This document shows positions 1-10,533 of a stretch of DNA of 41,437 nt, one piece after another. The stretch is taken from assembly GCA_033238685.1 (NCBI GenBank), contig BRZM01000010.1, positions 3,846,968 to 3,888,404 of the forward strand, read 5' to 3'. The stretch's first letter is position 1. Each line of letters starts with the position of its first letter. Origin of the DNA: Lates japonicus (taxonomy: Eukaryota). The notes under the pieces are model-generated. The model saw only the letters and a program-made list of their open reading frames with translations. It made no database searches and was not told the DNA's origin. Made by a program: the position numbers and the translations under genes.

Positions 1-189
1 TCAGTATTAGTGATTTGTGTTTCTTGCTCTTATTGTTTTGAAACCCACACGTCTATTAACCGCCCCAACTGAAAAAGGATCGAAACTTTGTGCTTTCTAT
101 TTTAATGCAGCAGACGTTTCTCTAAATTAACACTCCTGCCTCAAATACTTTCTCTCTGTCGCTCCATGGTTTGTTTGACTGATTTCCAG

Positions 190-261
190 AAACCAACTGA
201 TGAGCAGCTGAAAGAGTGGGCGAACATGCTCAGATCAGAACAGTCTATTCTGAAGAAGTTT
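190..261 (+). CDS. tep1: TEP1 exon (TROVE N-terminal part); first exon visible in window
   Basis: Acceptor ttccag at 184-189; donor gtaagt at 262. Encodes KPTDEQLKEWANMLRSEQSILKKF, phase 0. An alternative acceptor gcag at 107-110 cannot be excluded. Confidence 0.5.
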
Positions 262-451
262 GTAAGTCAATATAGTTTTCTATTGTGTCATGAAATAAGG
301 TTTTTTTTAGATGTGTTAGTAGAACAACTACAACCTGTATTTGTAATAAAAACATGAATTCTAAACACTTCACTTCACATTTTAGAATTTTAGATTTTCT
401 GTCCCTTAATTGTTGCCGATATGGTTTGCAATGCTTTGTATTTGTTTGCAG

Positions 452-579
452 CTGCAGTTAGAGGGCAGTAAAGTGGTGGTGGTGGATAAAAAGCAGAGCG
501 AGTTCAGTATGAAGAAGATGATCAAGAAGCTTCACATTAAAGAACCAGCTGAACATGTCATGGCCATTCTTGGAAGAAA
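452..579 (+). CDS. tep1: TEP1 exon (TROVE)
   Basis: Acceptor tttgtttgcag; donor AA|gtaagac. Encodes LQLEGSKVVVVDKKQSEFSMKKMIKKLHIKEPAEHVMAILGRK. Ends phase 2. Confidence 0.7.
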
Positions 580-941
580 GTAAGACACACAAGCGCACAC
601 AGGCACAAAATCACAACTGTATCCTCACACTGATGAGCTGCAGAGAGGCTGCTGCAACTTTTTCAGCTGATTGAATTCAGTTAATGTTAAGGGCTCTAAC
701 AGCAAATGCACAGTCATCTTTTGTTTTTAGCTGAGACTTTTGTCCTCTAGAATTTGATTCATTTATTCTGTAGATAATAGGAATGTATAAAATGGAAATG
801 CAGGAGAAAAGGGTCGGGTTAGACTCAGTCTCAGAGTATTAGTTATATACCTGTCATCCTTGAGACCCATAAATTTACCTATCTCTGGGTTTGTCCAGCT
901 TCCACTTTAAAATGCGGCATGGTGGCTGTGTTTGTCACCAG

Positions 942-1099
942 GTATCCAGCTGACGTGAAGGCGTTTATCCACAGTGGAATGAAGGGCGTGTGGGACAGAG
1001 AGCGAGCTGGGCAGAGAATGAAGCTCAAAGAGCCAGAGACATGGGAACGACTGCTCAGCATGGAGGGCAACAAAGCCGCCACCTGGGAAAAACTCATAG
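942..1099 (+). CDS. tep1: TEP1 exon (TROVE)
   Basis: Acceptor gtcaccag. Encodes (K)YPADVKAFIHSGMKGVWDRERAGQRMKLKEPETWERLLSMEGNKAATWEKLI. Donor G|gtctga is weak; ends phase 1. Confidence 0.65.
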
Positions 1100-1415
1100 G
1101 TCTGAAAAGAAACTAATCACTCTGGGTTGGCATCAAACTGTGCAACGTGCATGGGCTTGCTGGCCAGTTTAATTACTGTATCACCAGTTCAAAGCACATG
1201 ATGATGGGAAAGAGTTACTGTCAGTCATCACAACAAACGTATCATCTTTGATCTGGTGTTTAATTTTGCTGACCTACAGTGTTCTTTGTCCAAATCCATT
1301 GAATCCATATTTTAGGTTATCCGCTACACACACATGCACATATCACACCTACAAGTATTCAAACACAAACTGTTCATAATCACACATGTTGATGAATAAT
1401 GTCTCTACTGTGCAG

Positions 1416-1525
1416 ACAACAAGTCTCTTCCATTTATGGCCATGCTGAGGAACCTGAGGAACATGATCACCAGGGGCATCAGTGAGGCTCATCACAAGAA
1501 GATCCTCAGCAGACTGACTAATAAG
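1416..1525 (+). CDS. tep1: TEP1 exon (TROVE)
   Basis: Acceptor ctgtgcag; donor AAG|gtgaga. Encodes (D)NKSLPFMAMLRNLRNMITRGISEAHHKKILSRLTNK, the characteristic TROVE motif. Confidence 0.75.
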
Positions 1526-1841
1526 GTGAGACACAATGAAGCATGTACTAAATCCTTACAGCCTGTTCAGGTGTTACACCTTCATTCTGCTTCACCATTC
1601 GGTATAAAGGGTATGAACCTGGAATTGTGGGGGCATTGTTGGTCCACCTTCAAGCCAGCAGTGGAGGTAGCCACAGAGCTGACTGGCAGGACAGACGCTG
1701 AGGCTGTTGTGTTACTTTATGCCTTTAAGGCAGCATAAAGAAGAGTCTTCTTAAGTGGCAATTTAGTGGGATCTCTGTTTGAAAGAGTCTATATTTCTGT
1801 TTGAGTCCCCTGTAACTGAGTATTTTTGATTTGATTTACAG

Positions 1842-1920
1842 AAAGCGGTTATTCAGAGTCGACAGTTTCCCTTCAGATTCCTCGCTGCCTACAAAGTCAT
1901 CATGGAGCTTCACACTTTTG
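1842..1920 (+). CDS. tep1: TEP1 exon (TROVE)
   Basis: Acceptor gatttacag; donor G|gtgagat. Encodes KAVIQSRQFPFRFLAAYKVIMELHTF. Confidence 0.75.
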
Positions 1921-2133
1921 GTGAGATAAATCAACATCAGATGGCACTAAAACTCTTGACTGAAAGTCATATTTAAAAATCTCATCTACTGGGTAGCTGA
2001 TTTTCAAGTAGGGATAAATGTTATTTAAGTAAAAGTATGTATACATATTAATTGATTTCAAATATTAAACCAGTTGTTAGCCAAAATAAATTGTTAGCCA
2101 ATGTAAATTTCCCAGAAGTGGGATAAATAAAGT

Positions 2134-2161
2134 CTATCTTATCTTATCTTATCTTATCTTA
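2134..2161. repeat. (TCTTA)n pentanucleotide microsatellite, intronic
   Basis: tatcttatcttatcttatcttatctta is read directly from the sequence. Confidence 0.9.
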
Positions 2162-2208
2162 AAATGCGAACTAGAGAACACATAAATTTCCTCCTCTTTG
2201 TCCTTTAG

Positions 2209-2401
2209 CCTCCTCAACACAGCAAGAAATTCCCCCTGCAAAAGAAATTTTGAAGGGCATCCTGAAGAGGATTCCCAAGTCCAAGCGCTACAGGCGTTTG
2301 GAATGGGAGACGACCCAAAGGAGCAGGCTGAGGGTGACACTTGGAGTGCCATTTATTTATCGAATGTACCGAATGAAGAAGGCCCAGCTCATGAAGGCCA
2401 A
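2209..2401 (+). CDS. tep1: TEP1 exon (TROVE)
   Basis: Acceptor tcctttag; donor AA|gtatgac. Encodes ...KEILKGILKRIPKSKRYRRLEWETTQRSRLRVTLGVPFIYRMYRMKKAQLMKAK. Confidence 0.7.
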
Positions 2402-2841
2402 GTATGACCGTATTATTATTCCTGAGTTGTGGATGTTTGTTTTTCTCCTCTGTTTTCTTAATTTTGAGATTACTTTTAATTCTCAGGGTTAGATATAATA
2501 TAGAAAGAAACACCTGTTTCAGTATTACCTTTCAAAGAATGACTGCATTGCTGCACTGATGGCCACTGTGGCTGAACAGGCAAAGAAGAGAGCAGTATAA
2601 ACTGAAACATGAACAGAAAATAAGTAGTTAAAGATGTCACTGAACTGCAGATAATCCCTGACAGGTGAGGTAAGGGTCATCAGATGAAAGACACAACAGA
2701 AAAATGAAGAATGACCTTTTGATGGAAAATTTACTTGGTCAGGTCACTTAAAAAATAACAAACACAAACTGACATCAACATGAAATTTAAGAAAGTATAC
2801 TCAGTCATATAACTTAACTGTTTCTGTATCTGTGCATCCAG

Positions 2842-3151
2842 TCAGAGGCTGTACTCTGTTGATCTGTTGGGCCGTTACCGCAAAGCTCTGGAGACGGCAG
2901 TACAGATCTCCTGCCGTTACAATGTGCCCCCGCTCCCTGGACGGACGGTCATTCTGCTCTCCACTAACATGTCTACGGATCACAACTGGAGCCAGAAGCA
3001 GGACTTCTGCCTCCCACCAGATCCAGAGCAAAAAGAGGAGGTGGAGGTGGAGGTGGAGGAGGAGGAGGAGGAGGAGGAGGAAAAAAAAGTGAGCAGGAGG
3101 ACAAGGGGGAGGACAAACACGGAGGAGACTGACGACAAGCTTGCTCCTTCT
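2842..3151 (+). CDS. tep1: TEP1 exon (TROVE C-terminal part plus acidic linker)
   Basis: Acceptor gcatccag; donor TCT|gtaagg. Encodes ...LLGRYRKALETAVQISCRYNVPPLPGRTVILLSTNMSTDHNWSQKQDFCLPPDPEQKEEVEVEVEEEEEEEEEKKVSRRTRGRTNTEETDDKLAPS. Contains a (GAG)n poly-Glu run at 3040-3085. Confidence 0.65.
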
Positions 3152-3276
3152 GTAAGGGCCTGTTTTTCTTTTGATTAGCAATAACACAAAGAAAGGCTGA
3201 TGTGTGAAATGTCTGACTCGGGTTTCAAAGACAATGAAATAAACTAACCCCTCTCCCCATTTTTATTTCCTCTCAG

Positions 3277-3429
3277 ATGGTTGAGGTGGCAGTTTTGCTC
3301 TCTCTGATGATTAGCAGCAGTGCCGAGGACAGCCAGCTCCACTTGATGGAGTGGAGTCACGGTGAAGAAGCCAAGCTCAAGTCTGACGTCCTTTTGGAAA
3401 ATGTCAGAAGTGTGATGAAGCAAATAAAG
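3277..3429 (+). CDS. tep1: TEP1 exon
   Basis: Acceptor cctctcag; donor AAG|gtcagt. Encodes MVEVAVLLSLMISSSAEDSQLHLMEWSHGEEAKLKSDVLLENVRSVMKQIK. Phase 0-0. Confidence 0.7.
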
Positions 3430-3671
3430 GTCAGTATTTTTTCTTTCAATAGTATTCATCCTTTTTTACCATCTCACACCAACATTAATTTTAGCTCTCA
3501 TCAGCAGTGACTAAACAGATTAATACTTAAAGATCTAAGAAAGGAACTTAGAATAATCTCTACCTCAGTGTAACAAGACACAACTGCATTAATTTCTGCA
3601 GTAGTAGCTGTATGCTTTGGAGGAAGTTTCTGTTTTTTTTCCCTTTATTCATGAATACATGTCTTTCACAG

Positions 3672-3743
3672 GCATGTCAAGAAAAGCCATACGAAGAGAA
3701 GGACGACAATTATTTCTCCAAAATATTAACCAAGAAAAACAAG
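3672..3743 (+). CDS. tep1: TEP1 exon
   Basis: Acceptor tttcacag; donor AAG|gtcagt. Encodes ACQEKPYEEKDDNYFSKILTKKNK. Confidence 0.65.
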
Positions 3744-4036
3744 GTCAGTTCACTTCATTGTCTGCAGGAGACACAACTTTCAGAGTTGCAACAGCTATTT
3801 AGTTCCTTGCCTGTGGATGGTGCACGTCAACATGTTACACCTGCGTTTCCAAATTACTGACATTGCTTGAACTGTGGCTCTGTCACCGAACGATATTTGC
3901 TGAGGAAATATCTGATTCTCAGGATGCTTCACGTCAGTGATGTGTTTGCCTGAAAGTGTTCAAGAGCTGCTGTTTTTGTAGGTGATGGTACAGGTTGTTT
4001 CTTTGATCATAGTGCTCATGTACCTCTGTGTCTCAG

Positions 4037-4158
4037 ATTGACAACATCATCGTTCTGGCTGACTGCTGGTTGAATCGTGATGTTGAGTACACCATCGACA
4101 CCTACAGAAAGGAAATAAACAGCAAAGTTCTTGAGGTGCAAGTCTTCATGTCAGCACG
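4037..4158 (+). CDS. tep1: TEP1 exon
   Basis: Acceptor gtgtctcag; donor CG|gtaatg. Encodes IDNIIVLADCWLNRDVEYTIDTYRKEINSKVLEVQVFMSA(R). Confidence 0.7.
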
Positions 4159-4369
4159 GTAATGCATTATTTTTGTGCTTTTGTGCTGCCTAGATCTTAC
4201 AAACAATATTAGAAAGCTAACACTGATGACAGTGTTTGGTGGATTCTTTTAAGGGTAGACAGATTCTTTCTAATGCAAAAATGTACAATAGAAAGTAGAG
4301 TAGTGATTTCTTTCTGATTCCTATTTCTAACTAATCTTGAATGCATCTGCTGTTGTTGACGTGTTACAG

Positions 4370-4435
4370 AAACTCTGAATACAGTCCACACAGGAACCAG
4401 GTGAAGCTGGCAGGCTTCAGTGAGCAAATACTGAG
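4370..4435 (+). CDS. tep1: TEP1 exon
   Basis: Acceptor gtgttacag; donor AG|gtaaaa. Encodes (R)NSEYSPHRNQVKLAGFSEQIL(R). Confidence 0.6.
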
Positions 4436-4854
4436 GTAAAATGTCTGGTTGCTCTTTTTTATCCAATGGCTTATTGAGATCATTTATATAAATGTAAGAA
4501 ATGTTTATGTCCAATGGAACTCTGATTATATATGTTGATTATGGTAGGAGTTTATTTTTACTTATCTTTTTTAGCAAGGCATATATTTAATTGCTTTCTT
4601 TCTGAAAGTTAGATGAGAAGGTCAATACCATTTATATGGCCATATGTAAATATTAGTGAACTTTAGAGGTGCTGGGAGGTTGATTTTGTTACTTGTGAAC
4701 ACAGCAAGACTTAGCTGTTTCTTCCTGTTTCCAGTCTTCATGTCATCCCACAGATATGAGTGTGTTTTTGATCCTCTCGTCTAACTGTTGTCACGAAAGC
4801 AAATAAGCATATGTTTCCTAAAATATTTAAATATTTCTGTACTCATGTGATCAG

Positions 4855-4998
4855 GTTTGTGGCAGAGCGAGGATCCTCCAGGCTGCTGGACCATGTAGAA
4901 CATTTGGACAAACTGTACAACATCACACCACCAGAGGGAGCTAAAGGCACTCAGACCACAAGCGGTCACGTCCCAATACCAGCCAGCCCCAAGTTAAG
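4855..4998 (+). CDS. tep1: TEP1 exon
   Basis: Acceptor gtgatcag; donor AG|gtagat. Encodes FVAERGSSRLLDHVEHLDKLYNITPPEGAKGTQTTSGHVPIPASPKL(R). Confidence 0.65.
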
Positions 4999-5184
4999 GT
5001 AGATTTTATTTAAAGCTCTGGAAAACTTGTTGTTAAACCTTACATTTTCTCATAAGTTGTAAATGATTGTAAAAAAACAACATTGTTTATCATTTTAACA
5101 CTGAAAAACTCTCCTAATCTGCCTCTTCTTCCCTCCTTTTTGTGTGTTCCTCACCTTAACACCAACTCCTTCCTCTGTCCTCAG

Positions 5185-5476
5185 GTGGCGAGGTGTGCGT
5201 GTGTTTGTCTCCTCCACCTTCCGAGACATGCACGCCGAGCGTGACATCTTGGTGAGGAGCGTCTTCCCAGAGCTCCGGCGTCGCGCTGCGCCGCACTGCC
5301 TCTACCTGCAGGAGGTGGAGCTGCGTTGGGGTGTGACAGAGGAGGAGTCGGGTCGAACCACGGAGTTGTGCCTGTCAGAGGTGTGTCGCAGCCAGATGAT
5401 AGTAGGAATCCTGGGAGAGAGGTATGGACTGGTTCCCCCCAAACCTGTTCTCCCCGACCTGCCACAGTACAGCTGG
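5185..5476 (+). CDS. tep1: TEP1 exon encoding DUF4062-like domain
   Basis: Acceptor gtcctcag; donor TGG|gtaaga. Encodes (R)WRGVRVFVSSTFRDMHAERDILVRSVFPELRRRAAPHCLYLQEVELRWGVTEEESGRTTELCLSEVCRSQMIVGILGERYGLVPPKPVLPDLPQYSW. This domain precedes the NACHT in TEP1. Confidence 0.8.
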
Positions 5477-5812
5477 GTAAGACTTGACTTTATGAAATAA
5501 TTTATATAAGAACTAATGAGTAGTTTCTGTGCTACTTAAATCAACAAACACCATCTTAATTCTGTAATACTTTACCTTTAAAATGAGGCTGGGATGTCAG
5601 GCTTGCTATAATTGTCCAAAAAAGGACAGAAATTATTCAAACACATTCTGCATACTTAATTTTCATCATGACAGGGGCACACAAAATAAAACTACCATTA
5701 TTACTTTAAAATGAAAGGGAAATGAGTTTGTTTTTATATGTGAATATTAATTTAAAATATTGAAAAAAGTAAAATTCTGTCATAATTCATATTTCTGTTC
5801 TTCTCTGTGCAG

Positions 5813-5934
5813 CTGGCGTCAGCACCAGCAGGTTTATCCATCACAGAGATGGAGATCCGTCAGTTTCAGGCTCTTTTCCCCGACACAGCACACCAGCGAA
5901 TGTTCTGCTACTTCAGGGACCCAAATATCACCAA
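5813..5934 (+). CDS. tep1: TEP1 exon (DUF4062 continuation)
   Basis: Acceptor ctctgtgcag; donor AA|gtacgc. Encodes LASAPAGLSITEMEIRQFQALFPDTAHQRMFCYFRDPNIT(K). Confidence 0.7.
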
Positions 5935-5979
5935 GTACGCTGTCAATGGCTAATATTCACACATCAGAATTTCTAGCTT

Positions 5980-5999
5980 GAATGAATGAATGAATGAAT
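5980..5999. repeat. (GAAT)n tetranucleotide microsatellite, intronic
   Basis: gaatgaatgaatgaatgaat is read directly from the sequence. Confidence 0.9.
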
Positions 6000-6133
6000 C
6001 ATTTTATTGTAAAGTAACTCCTTCCGATCAATTTGAAAATACTCACAGCATGTAGATATACTTATTTAAGTATGAAATTGAGTATTAAATGTATAAGTAT
6101 TCAAACTAAATCCATTGTGTCTGTGTTTCTCAG

Positions 6134-6247
6134 ATCAGTTCCAGTGGCTTGGAAATCAGATTTTGTTCCTGAATCAAAGGAGGCTGAGTCAAAAATGGCC
6201 GCTTTAAAAAGTAGAATCCGGGCCAGCGATGTCAAGGTCACTGAAAA
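6134..6247 (+). CDS. tep1: TEP1 exon
   Basis: Acceptor gtttctcag; donor AA|gtaagtc. Encodes SVPVAWKSDFVPESKEAESKMAALKSRIRASDVKVTE(K/N). Confidence 0.65.
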
Positions 6248-6448
6248 GTAAGTCATGTCAGTCATAAAAGCAGCGAGACTGTGGTATTAAAACTATTTTT
6301 GGATTACAGCTAATCAGAAATCCAAAGACCATTTTTAGACCTATTCAATGGTAGGTAGAATAGGTAAAATTTTGAGATTTTAAAAAAAATATTTAAACAT
6401 CACTGTAGATACATTTGCTGAGCCTGTATGTTTCTCTTTCTGTCCTAG

Positions 6449-6566
6449 TTACCCATGTGAGTGGGGAGGTGTGGTGGAAGGGAAACCATATCTGAAAAAC
6501 CTGGAGGACTTTGGCAAGGCTGTGCTGGAAGACCTTTGGATGGCAGTTCTGACGCAGTTTGTGGAG
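6449..6566 (+). CDS. tep1: TEP1 exon
   Basis: Acceptor ctgtcctag; donor GAG|gttagt. Encodes [39 protein letters not shown]. Confidence 0.7.
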
Positions 6567-6660
6567 GTTAGTTTCTTAGAGGTGTATCCCAGACAGTTTG
6601 TCAACATAGCCAACATAACAGTAGATTACAATCACCTCATTATTATTGTCTATCTGGCAG

Positions 6661-6849
6661 GAGGATGAAGAGGCTGAGGCTGCGTCGGATGTGACTGAGC
6701 AGGAAGTGCACCAGGGGGCGCTGCAGAGGCAGTTCTTTGGCAGGGCGAAGCTTCTGTCTGGAGCTGTGGAGATGGTGGGGCAAGTCCAGACCAAAGGAGG
6801 GATGATGGTGGTGGAGGGAGGACCTGGAGAGGGCAAAACTGTCTTCATG
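6661..6849 (+). CDS. tep1: TEP1 exon, NACHT P-loop (Walker A)
   Basis: Acceptor tatctggcag; donor ATG|gtaaat. Encodes [63 protein letters not shown]. The Walker A motif GGPGEGKT is present. Confidence 0.8.
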
Positions 6850-6981
6850 GTAAATTTGTTAAAGACATCAGCCTGTCAGGAACTGGACAGAAGTAGTAAT
6901 AAAGACAAAGAAAGCCCTGAGTGTCATCAACTGTTGAATGAAATAAAACTTTTACATATGTATATATCTCTCTCCACACAG

Positions 6982-7169
6982 GCTGCTCTAGCAGACGCCC
7001 TCAGGACTGGAGTAAAGTCCAGGAGAAACCTGGTCTGTGATGTCATCTCCTACTCTACAGCTGCCAGCCAATCAGCACGCTCTGTGGAGAACCTTCTCCG
7101 CTTCCTTATAAAGTGGTTTAGGAAGATGAAAGACACTGAGAAGGAATCACCGCTTCCCCACTCTTACAA
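6982..7169 (+). CDS. tep1: TEP1 exon (NACHT)
   Basis: Acceptor tccacacag. Encodes AALADALRTGVKSRRNLVCDVISYSTAASQSARSVENLLRFLIKWFRKMKDTEKESPLPHSY(K). The donor AA|gtgatt is weak, but it is the only one that keeps the next exon in frame. The alternative reading terminates at TGA 7171. Confidence 0.55.
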
Positions 7170-7283
7170 GTGATTTAGATTTTGAATTGTTTCCCAAATC
7201 ATTATGATGTACATGTAGGCCACATTGTCTGTGCATCATATTCATTATAATAATATATTTCTATAATATATTTCTTATCTCAG

Positions 7284-7425
7284 AGAGTTGCTGTCTGAAT
7301 TTCACTCCACGTTGAGTGACGTGAAGCAGGACAAACCTGTGGTGCTGGTAGTTGATGGGGTGGATGCTGTCCGAGATGGCGGAGGTCAGCTCACCTCTGA
7401 CTGGATACCACAGCAGCTTCCACAG
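7284..7425 (+). CDS. tep1: TEP1 exon (NACHT, Walker B-like hhhhDG)
   Basis: Acceptor cttatctcag; donor CAG|gtcggt. Encodes ELLSEFHSTLSDVKQDKPVVLVVDGVDAVRDGGGQLTSDWIPQQLPQ. Confidence 0.7.
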
Positions 7426-8091
7426 GTCGGTCAAACAGAAACATTTTTATTTTGTCATAAGACGACCCACGCATAACACCCTCATCCAAATACTGTATAA
7501 CAACAAAGGCAGCTCTGCCAATGTGACATTACTGCTTAAAAATTGTAACTTGCAGATCAAATATTAAATACAAAAACTCCAATAATTTCTAAGGATCTTT
7601 TGTCATCCTGAAAGCTGTTGCCGACTTTATCCTCCTGACATTGAAAAGATTTAGATCCAGACGTACCTAACGGAGTTTGTTATACCTAGTACGTTTGTCT
7701 TTTGTACATTCAAACAACTATAATTCAGATATAGAGCATTTTAGAAAACTAACTGAAAAACACGCACCTATTCTGGTAAGGTGTTGGTTTGCAGTCTAAA
7801 AAAAATGGGAAAGCCACACGCTCGTACTCAAATGCATTTATTATTAGATCAGGATCAGGTTAAGGCAAACTCCAGTAGTATGTGTGCAATCTCAGACAAA
7901 AGACATATTTCAGAGGTTACAAGCTAACAAAACAAAATGTGGTTTTGATGCAGGACAAAAAAATGTTGGCATTATTGTTAGCAGTGTCCTAAGCAGTTCA
8001 CCTACATTTATACACACTGATCGCATTGTTTTTGGTTGAAACTTTAGGCATTTGCATGTTGGGATAAAGTATATTCTCTCTTTCTTGTCAG

Positions 8092-8271
8092 GGAGTGTGT
8101 TTGGTAGTAAGCATCCCATCTAAAGCGGCTCTGCTACAAACCCTGGCCAAGAAAAGAAGCACTGTCCTGTTTATGCTGGGACAGCTTACGATGCCAGACA
8201 GGAAGGAGATTGTTCAGAAGGGACTTGACACCTTCGGGAAGAAGCTCAGTGACTCTGCATTCAACAACCAG
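8092..8271 (+). CDS. tep1: TEP1 exon (NACHT)
   Basis: Acceptor tttcttgtcag; donor CAG|gttctc. Encodes GVCLVVSIPSKAALLQTLAKKRSTVLFMLGQLTMPDRKEIVQKGLDTFGKKLSDSAFNNQ. Confidence 0.7.
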
Positions 8272-8366
8272 GTTCTCCTTATATGTTATAATTCTATATT
8301 TCTCTACACTAATGTTTTCTCAATCTGTTTTTTTACCTAAAATGTGTGTTTTCTGTGTTTTTCCAG

Positions 8367-8459
8367 CTCCAGACACTGATAATGAAGAAAGGAGCGGTGA
8401 ATCCTCTCTACCTGCACCTGGCCTGTGAAGACCTGAGGAACTTTGCCTCCTTTGATAAG
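8367..8459 (+). CDS. tep1: TEP1 exon (NACHT)
   Basis: Acceptor gtttttccag; donor AAG|gtctga. Encodes LQTLIMKKGAVNPLYLHLACEDLRNFASFDK. Confidence 0.7.
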
Positions 8460-8731
8460 GTCTGATTTCACTTTTTCTGGACACTTCTACAAAATCAGAT
8501 TTTTCTTTTTTTGTGAGGGCTCATTGACATAATGTATTCCCAAGGCCCTTAATTTTAAACTCAACCACCACAACTGGATGTCTGACTCCAAACATCATCA
8601 TATTTTGGGGTGGAAGTAGTTGATAGAGACAAATATCTTTGGGGTAAGAGCAGTGTATCCGGCCACCATGAACAGCTGCTGGTGTGGATAGTAACAATGA
8701 TGGCGGTGTCTCCTGTACGTCTGTGTCTCAG

Positions 8732-8867
8732 CTGAAGGAGAGCCTGCAGGGCTTGCCCCAGTCTCTGAGCCAGCTGGTGCAGCACAGCCTGGACAGACTC
8801 TGCTCCCAGTACAGAGGCATGCTGGGACTCCGCTGGGCCCTGGCAGCACTCACTGTCAGCCCTGCTG
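8732..8867 (+). CDS. tep1: TEP1 exon
   Basis: Acceptor gtgtctcag; donor G|gtaaga. Encodes LKESLQGLPQSLSQLVQHSLDRLCSQYRGMLGLRWALAALTVSPA(G). Confidence 0.7.
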
Positions 8868-9163
8868 GTAAGATCAAGAGTCAAGGAGAAATTTAAGATT
8901 GTATAAGTGGAATATAAAGGATAATAATTTATCACTGGCTTTGGTGCATGTATCTAAGTTTACATCCCCCAAATTATTAGACAATCAAGAGGAAGCATTT
9001 GAAAATCTGTTTTGTATTCAGCTATTCATCTTTGTAATGGCTTTCCTAAAAGTGTCTGATACTCCAGCATAGTTCAGACAATTGTCCACAGTTTTCTTCA
9101 ATAATAAGCTTAGCTTGAAAAGGGACTTTGGTTGGGTCAGCATTTTCTTCTCTTCACCCACAG

Positions 9164-9323
9164 GCCTGAAGGAGAGAGACTTGTACTCTTTGCTCAACAC
9201 ATGCAATGACCTGTCCTCACGGGACAGGCAGGTGCCATGGCAGGAAGTGCTGCAGCTGTCCAGGAAGCCTAAGGGACGCATTCCCATGGCAACTTTCACC
9301 CGTATAGTGCAGAGTTTACAAAG
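9164..9323 (+). CDS. tep1: TEP1 exon
   Basis: Acceptor tcacccacag; donor AG|gtatga. Encodes LKERDLYSLLNTCNDLSSRDRQVPWQEVLQLSRKPKGRIPMATFTRIVQSLQ(R/S). Confidence 0.7.
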
Positions 9324-9435
9324 GTATGAATCCCATATGAGTCACATATTTAAATAAACTGTACTGTATACTGAGGGCTGAGTAGAATTATAACAGCTCT
9401 GGTGGAGATCAAACCTTTTGCATCCCTTCCTGCAG

Positions 9436-9569
9436 CCTGATTGGTCCGTCTCATTGCCACGGCACTGACGACTCGCTGGCTCTAACAAACCCAGATTTGA
9501 GACGGGCCTTTGAGGACTTTCTCCTCCCAGCCGAAAGTGACAGGACCAGAGCTCACCTTGTACTAGCAG
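9436..9569 (+). CDS. tep1: TEP1 exon
   Basis: Acceptor cccttcctgcag; donor G|gtaaag. Encodes LIGPSHCHGTDDSLALTNPDLRRAFEDFLLPAESDRTRAHLVLA. Confidence 0.65.
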
Positions 9570-9650
9570 GTAAAGTACACATCATTTTCCTCGGATGCTC
9601 AAAGTATTAGTCGCTGTGGCGCCCGTTCTACTCTCTGTCTCTTTTCACAG

Positions 9651-9739
9651 CTCATCTGTGGGCATTAGCTGACCACCAGGGGACAGACACCTTCCTCCAC
9701 TGTGAGGCCAACTCTGTTATGCACCTGCCTTCCAGTCTG
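9651..9739 (+). CDS. tep1: TEP1 exon
   Basis: Acceptor cttttcacag; donor CTG|gttagt. Encodes (A)HLWALADHQGTDTFLHCEANSVMHLPSSL. Confidence 0.65.
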
Positions 9740-9979
9740 GTTAGTCATCACTCATTACATAGATACTACACAACGTGCTTTGGCATTAAGTTACTAACTA
9801 AAATATAAATGCTCCTGTTCCTGGAACAGGATTGTCAGTTCATTATACATTTGTGAAATTAATTGTATCAAACATTTATCAACATTTTGTAATATTGCTA
9901 CTGGAAAAAACTATAATTTTATATTATTACCTAATTTTACATTTTAACATCTCATATCCTTGTATTTGGCATTGATTAG

Positions 9980-10094
9980 ATTCAAAGTGGCCAGCTGGAG
10001 GCGCTCCATTCCCTGCTCTCCAGCTACTATTTCCTGTATGCTAATGTACGTCACGGCCTTCTGCACCACCTCCTGGAGACCTACAGGTTGTACG
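9980..10094 (+). CDS. tep1: TEP1 exon
   Basis: Acceptor attgattag has a weak polypyrimidine tract; donor G|gtgagt. Encodes IQSGQLEALHSLLSSYYFLYANVRHGLLHHLLETYRLY. Confidence 0.6.
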
Positions 10095-10210
10095 GTGAGT
10101 CTGCATGATGATACTGCATGATAAACATGGTGTTTGCCTTTACTAGTTTGGATGTTTTTTAGATGCTTTTCCCTCCGAGCTTTCATATGTTCTCTTTTGT
10201 CCCCCTGCAG

Positions 10211-10237
10211 ATAAGAAGCGCACGTCTGGACCCCCCT
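10211..10237 (+). CDS. tep1: Candidate 27-nt TEP1 micro-exon (frame-preserving)
   Basis: Strong acceptor ccccctgcag and strong donor |gtaagt lie 27 nt apart. Encodes (D)KKRTSGPP in phase 1->1. Skipping it also keeps the frame, so inclusion is not proven. Confidence 0.35.
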
Positions 10238-10322
10238 GTAAGTGTTTTAAAAATCCATTTTATCCAAAGAGTCCTGCCAAATGTGTTTCAGTACTCATAC
10301 AAGTTTCTCTGTGTCCTCTCAG

Positions 10323-10533
10323 CTGGCTTCCAGGACCATCTAGAGGACTGCCGGAGTTTCCTGCAGCGTCACGCCCCCCTGCTCTCATCCTGGCCGCCTC
10401 TTTTCATTCAGCAGGCCCTCAACGAGCCTCCACAGACCATTGCTCACACCTGGGCACAAGGCCTGGTGGGAAAAGGAGGCATTAGGGTAATTGAGTGGCT
10501 GAACAACAAAGATCAGATTGTTCAAGATTCCAG
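10323..10533 (+). CDS. tep1: TEP1 exon
   Basis: Acceptor gtcctctcag; donor AG|gtgagc. Encodes GFQDHLEDCRSFLQRHAPLLSSWPPLFIQQALNEPPQTIAHTWAQGLVGKGGIRVIEWLNNKDQIVQDS. Confidence 0.7.

Noticed and set aside
2801-3187. 128-aa minus-strand ORF rich in Leu/His (LLLLLLLHLHLHL)
   Set aside because: It is the reverse complement of the (GAG)n poly-Glu coding run in the TEP1 exon 2842-3151. Its low-complexity translation is an artefact of that repeat.
5181-5465. 94-aa minus-strand ORF
   Set aside because: It is antisense to the DUF4062-like TEP1 exon (5185-5476), a GC-rich coding exon with an open antisense frame by chance. There is no independent support.
7171-7173. TGA at 7171 as the true end of a short TEP1-like protein (NACHT-only)
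   Set aside because: Using the weak donor AA|gtgatt two nt upstream joins perfectly in phase to the next exon (ELLSEFHS...VVLVVDG...). About 30 further WD40 exons then follow in continuous frame, so read-through to TGA would discard all of that. The stop is therefore most likely intronic.
8561-8935. 124-aa minus-strand ORF (and the nested 83-aa ORF at 8598-8849)
   Set aside because: It lies exactly antisense to the TEP1 exon 8732-8867 and its GC-rich flanks. It has no splice signals of its own, and the sense strand carries a well-supported, phase-consistent exon. It is an antisense ORF artefact.
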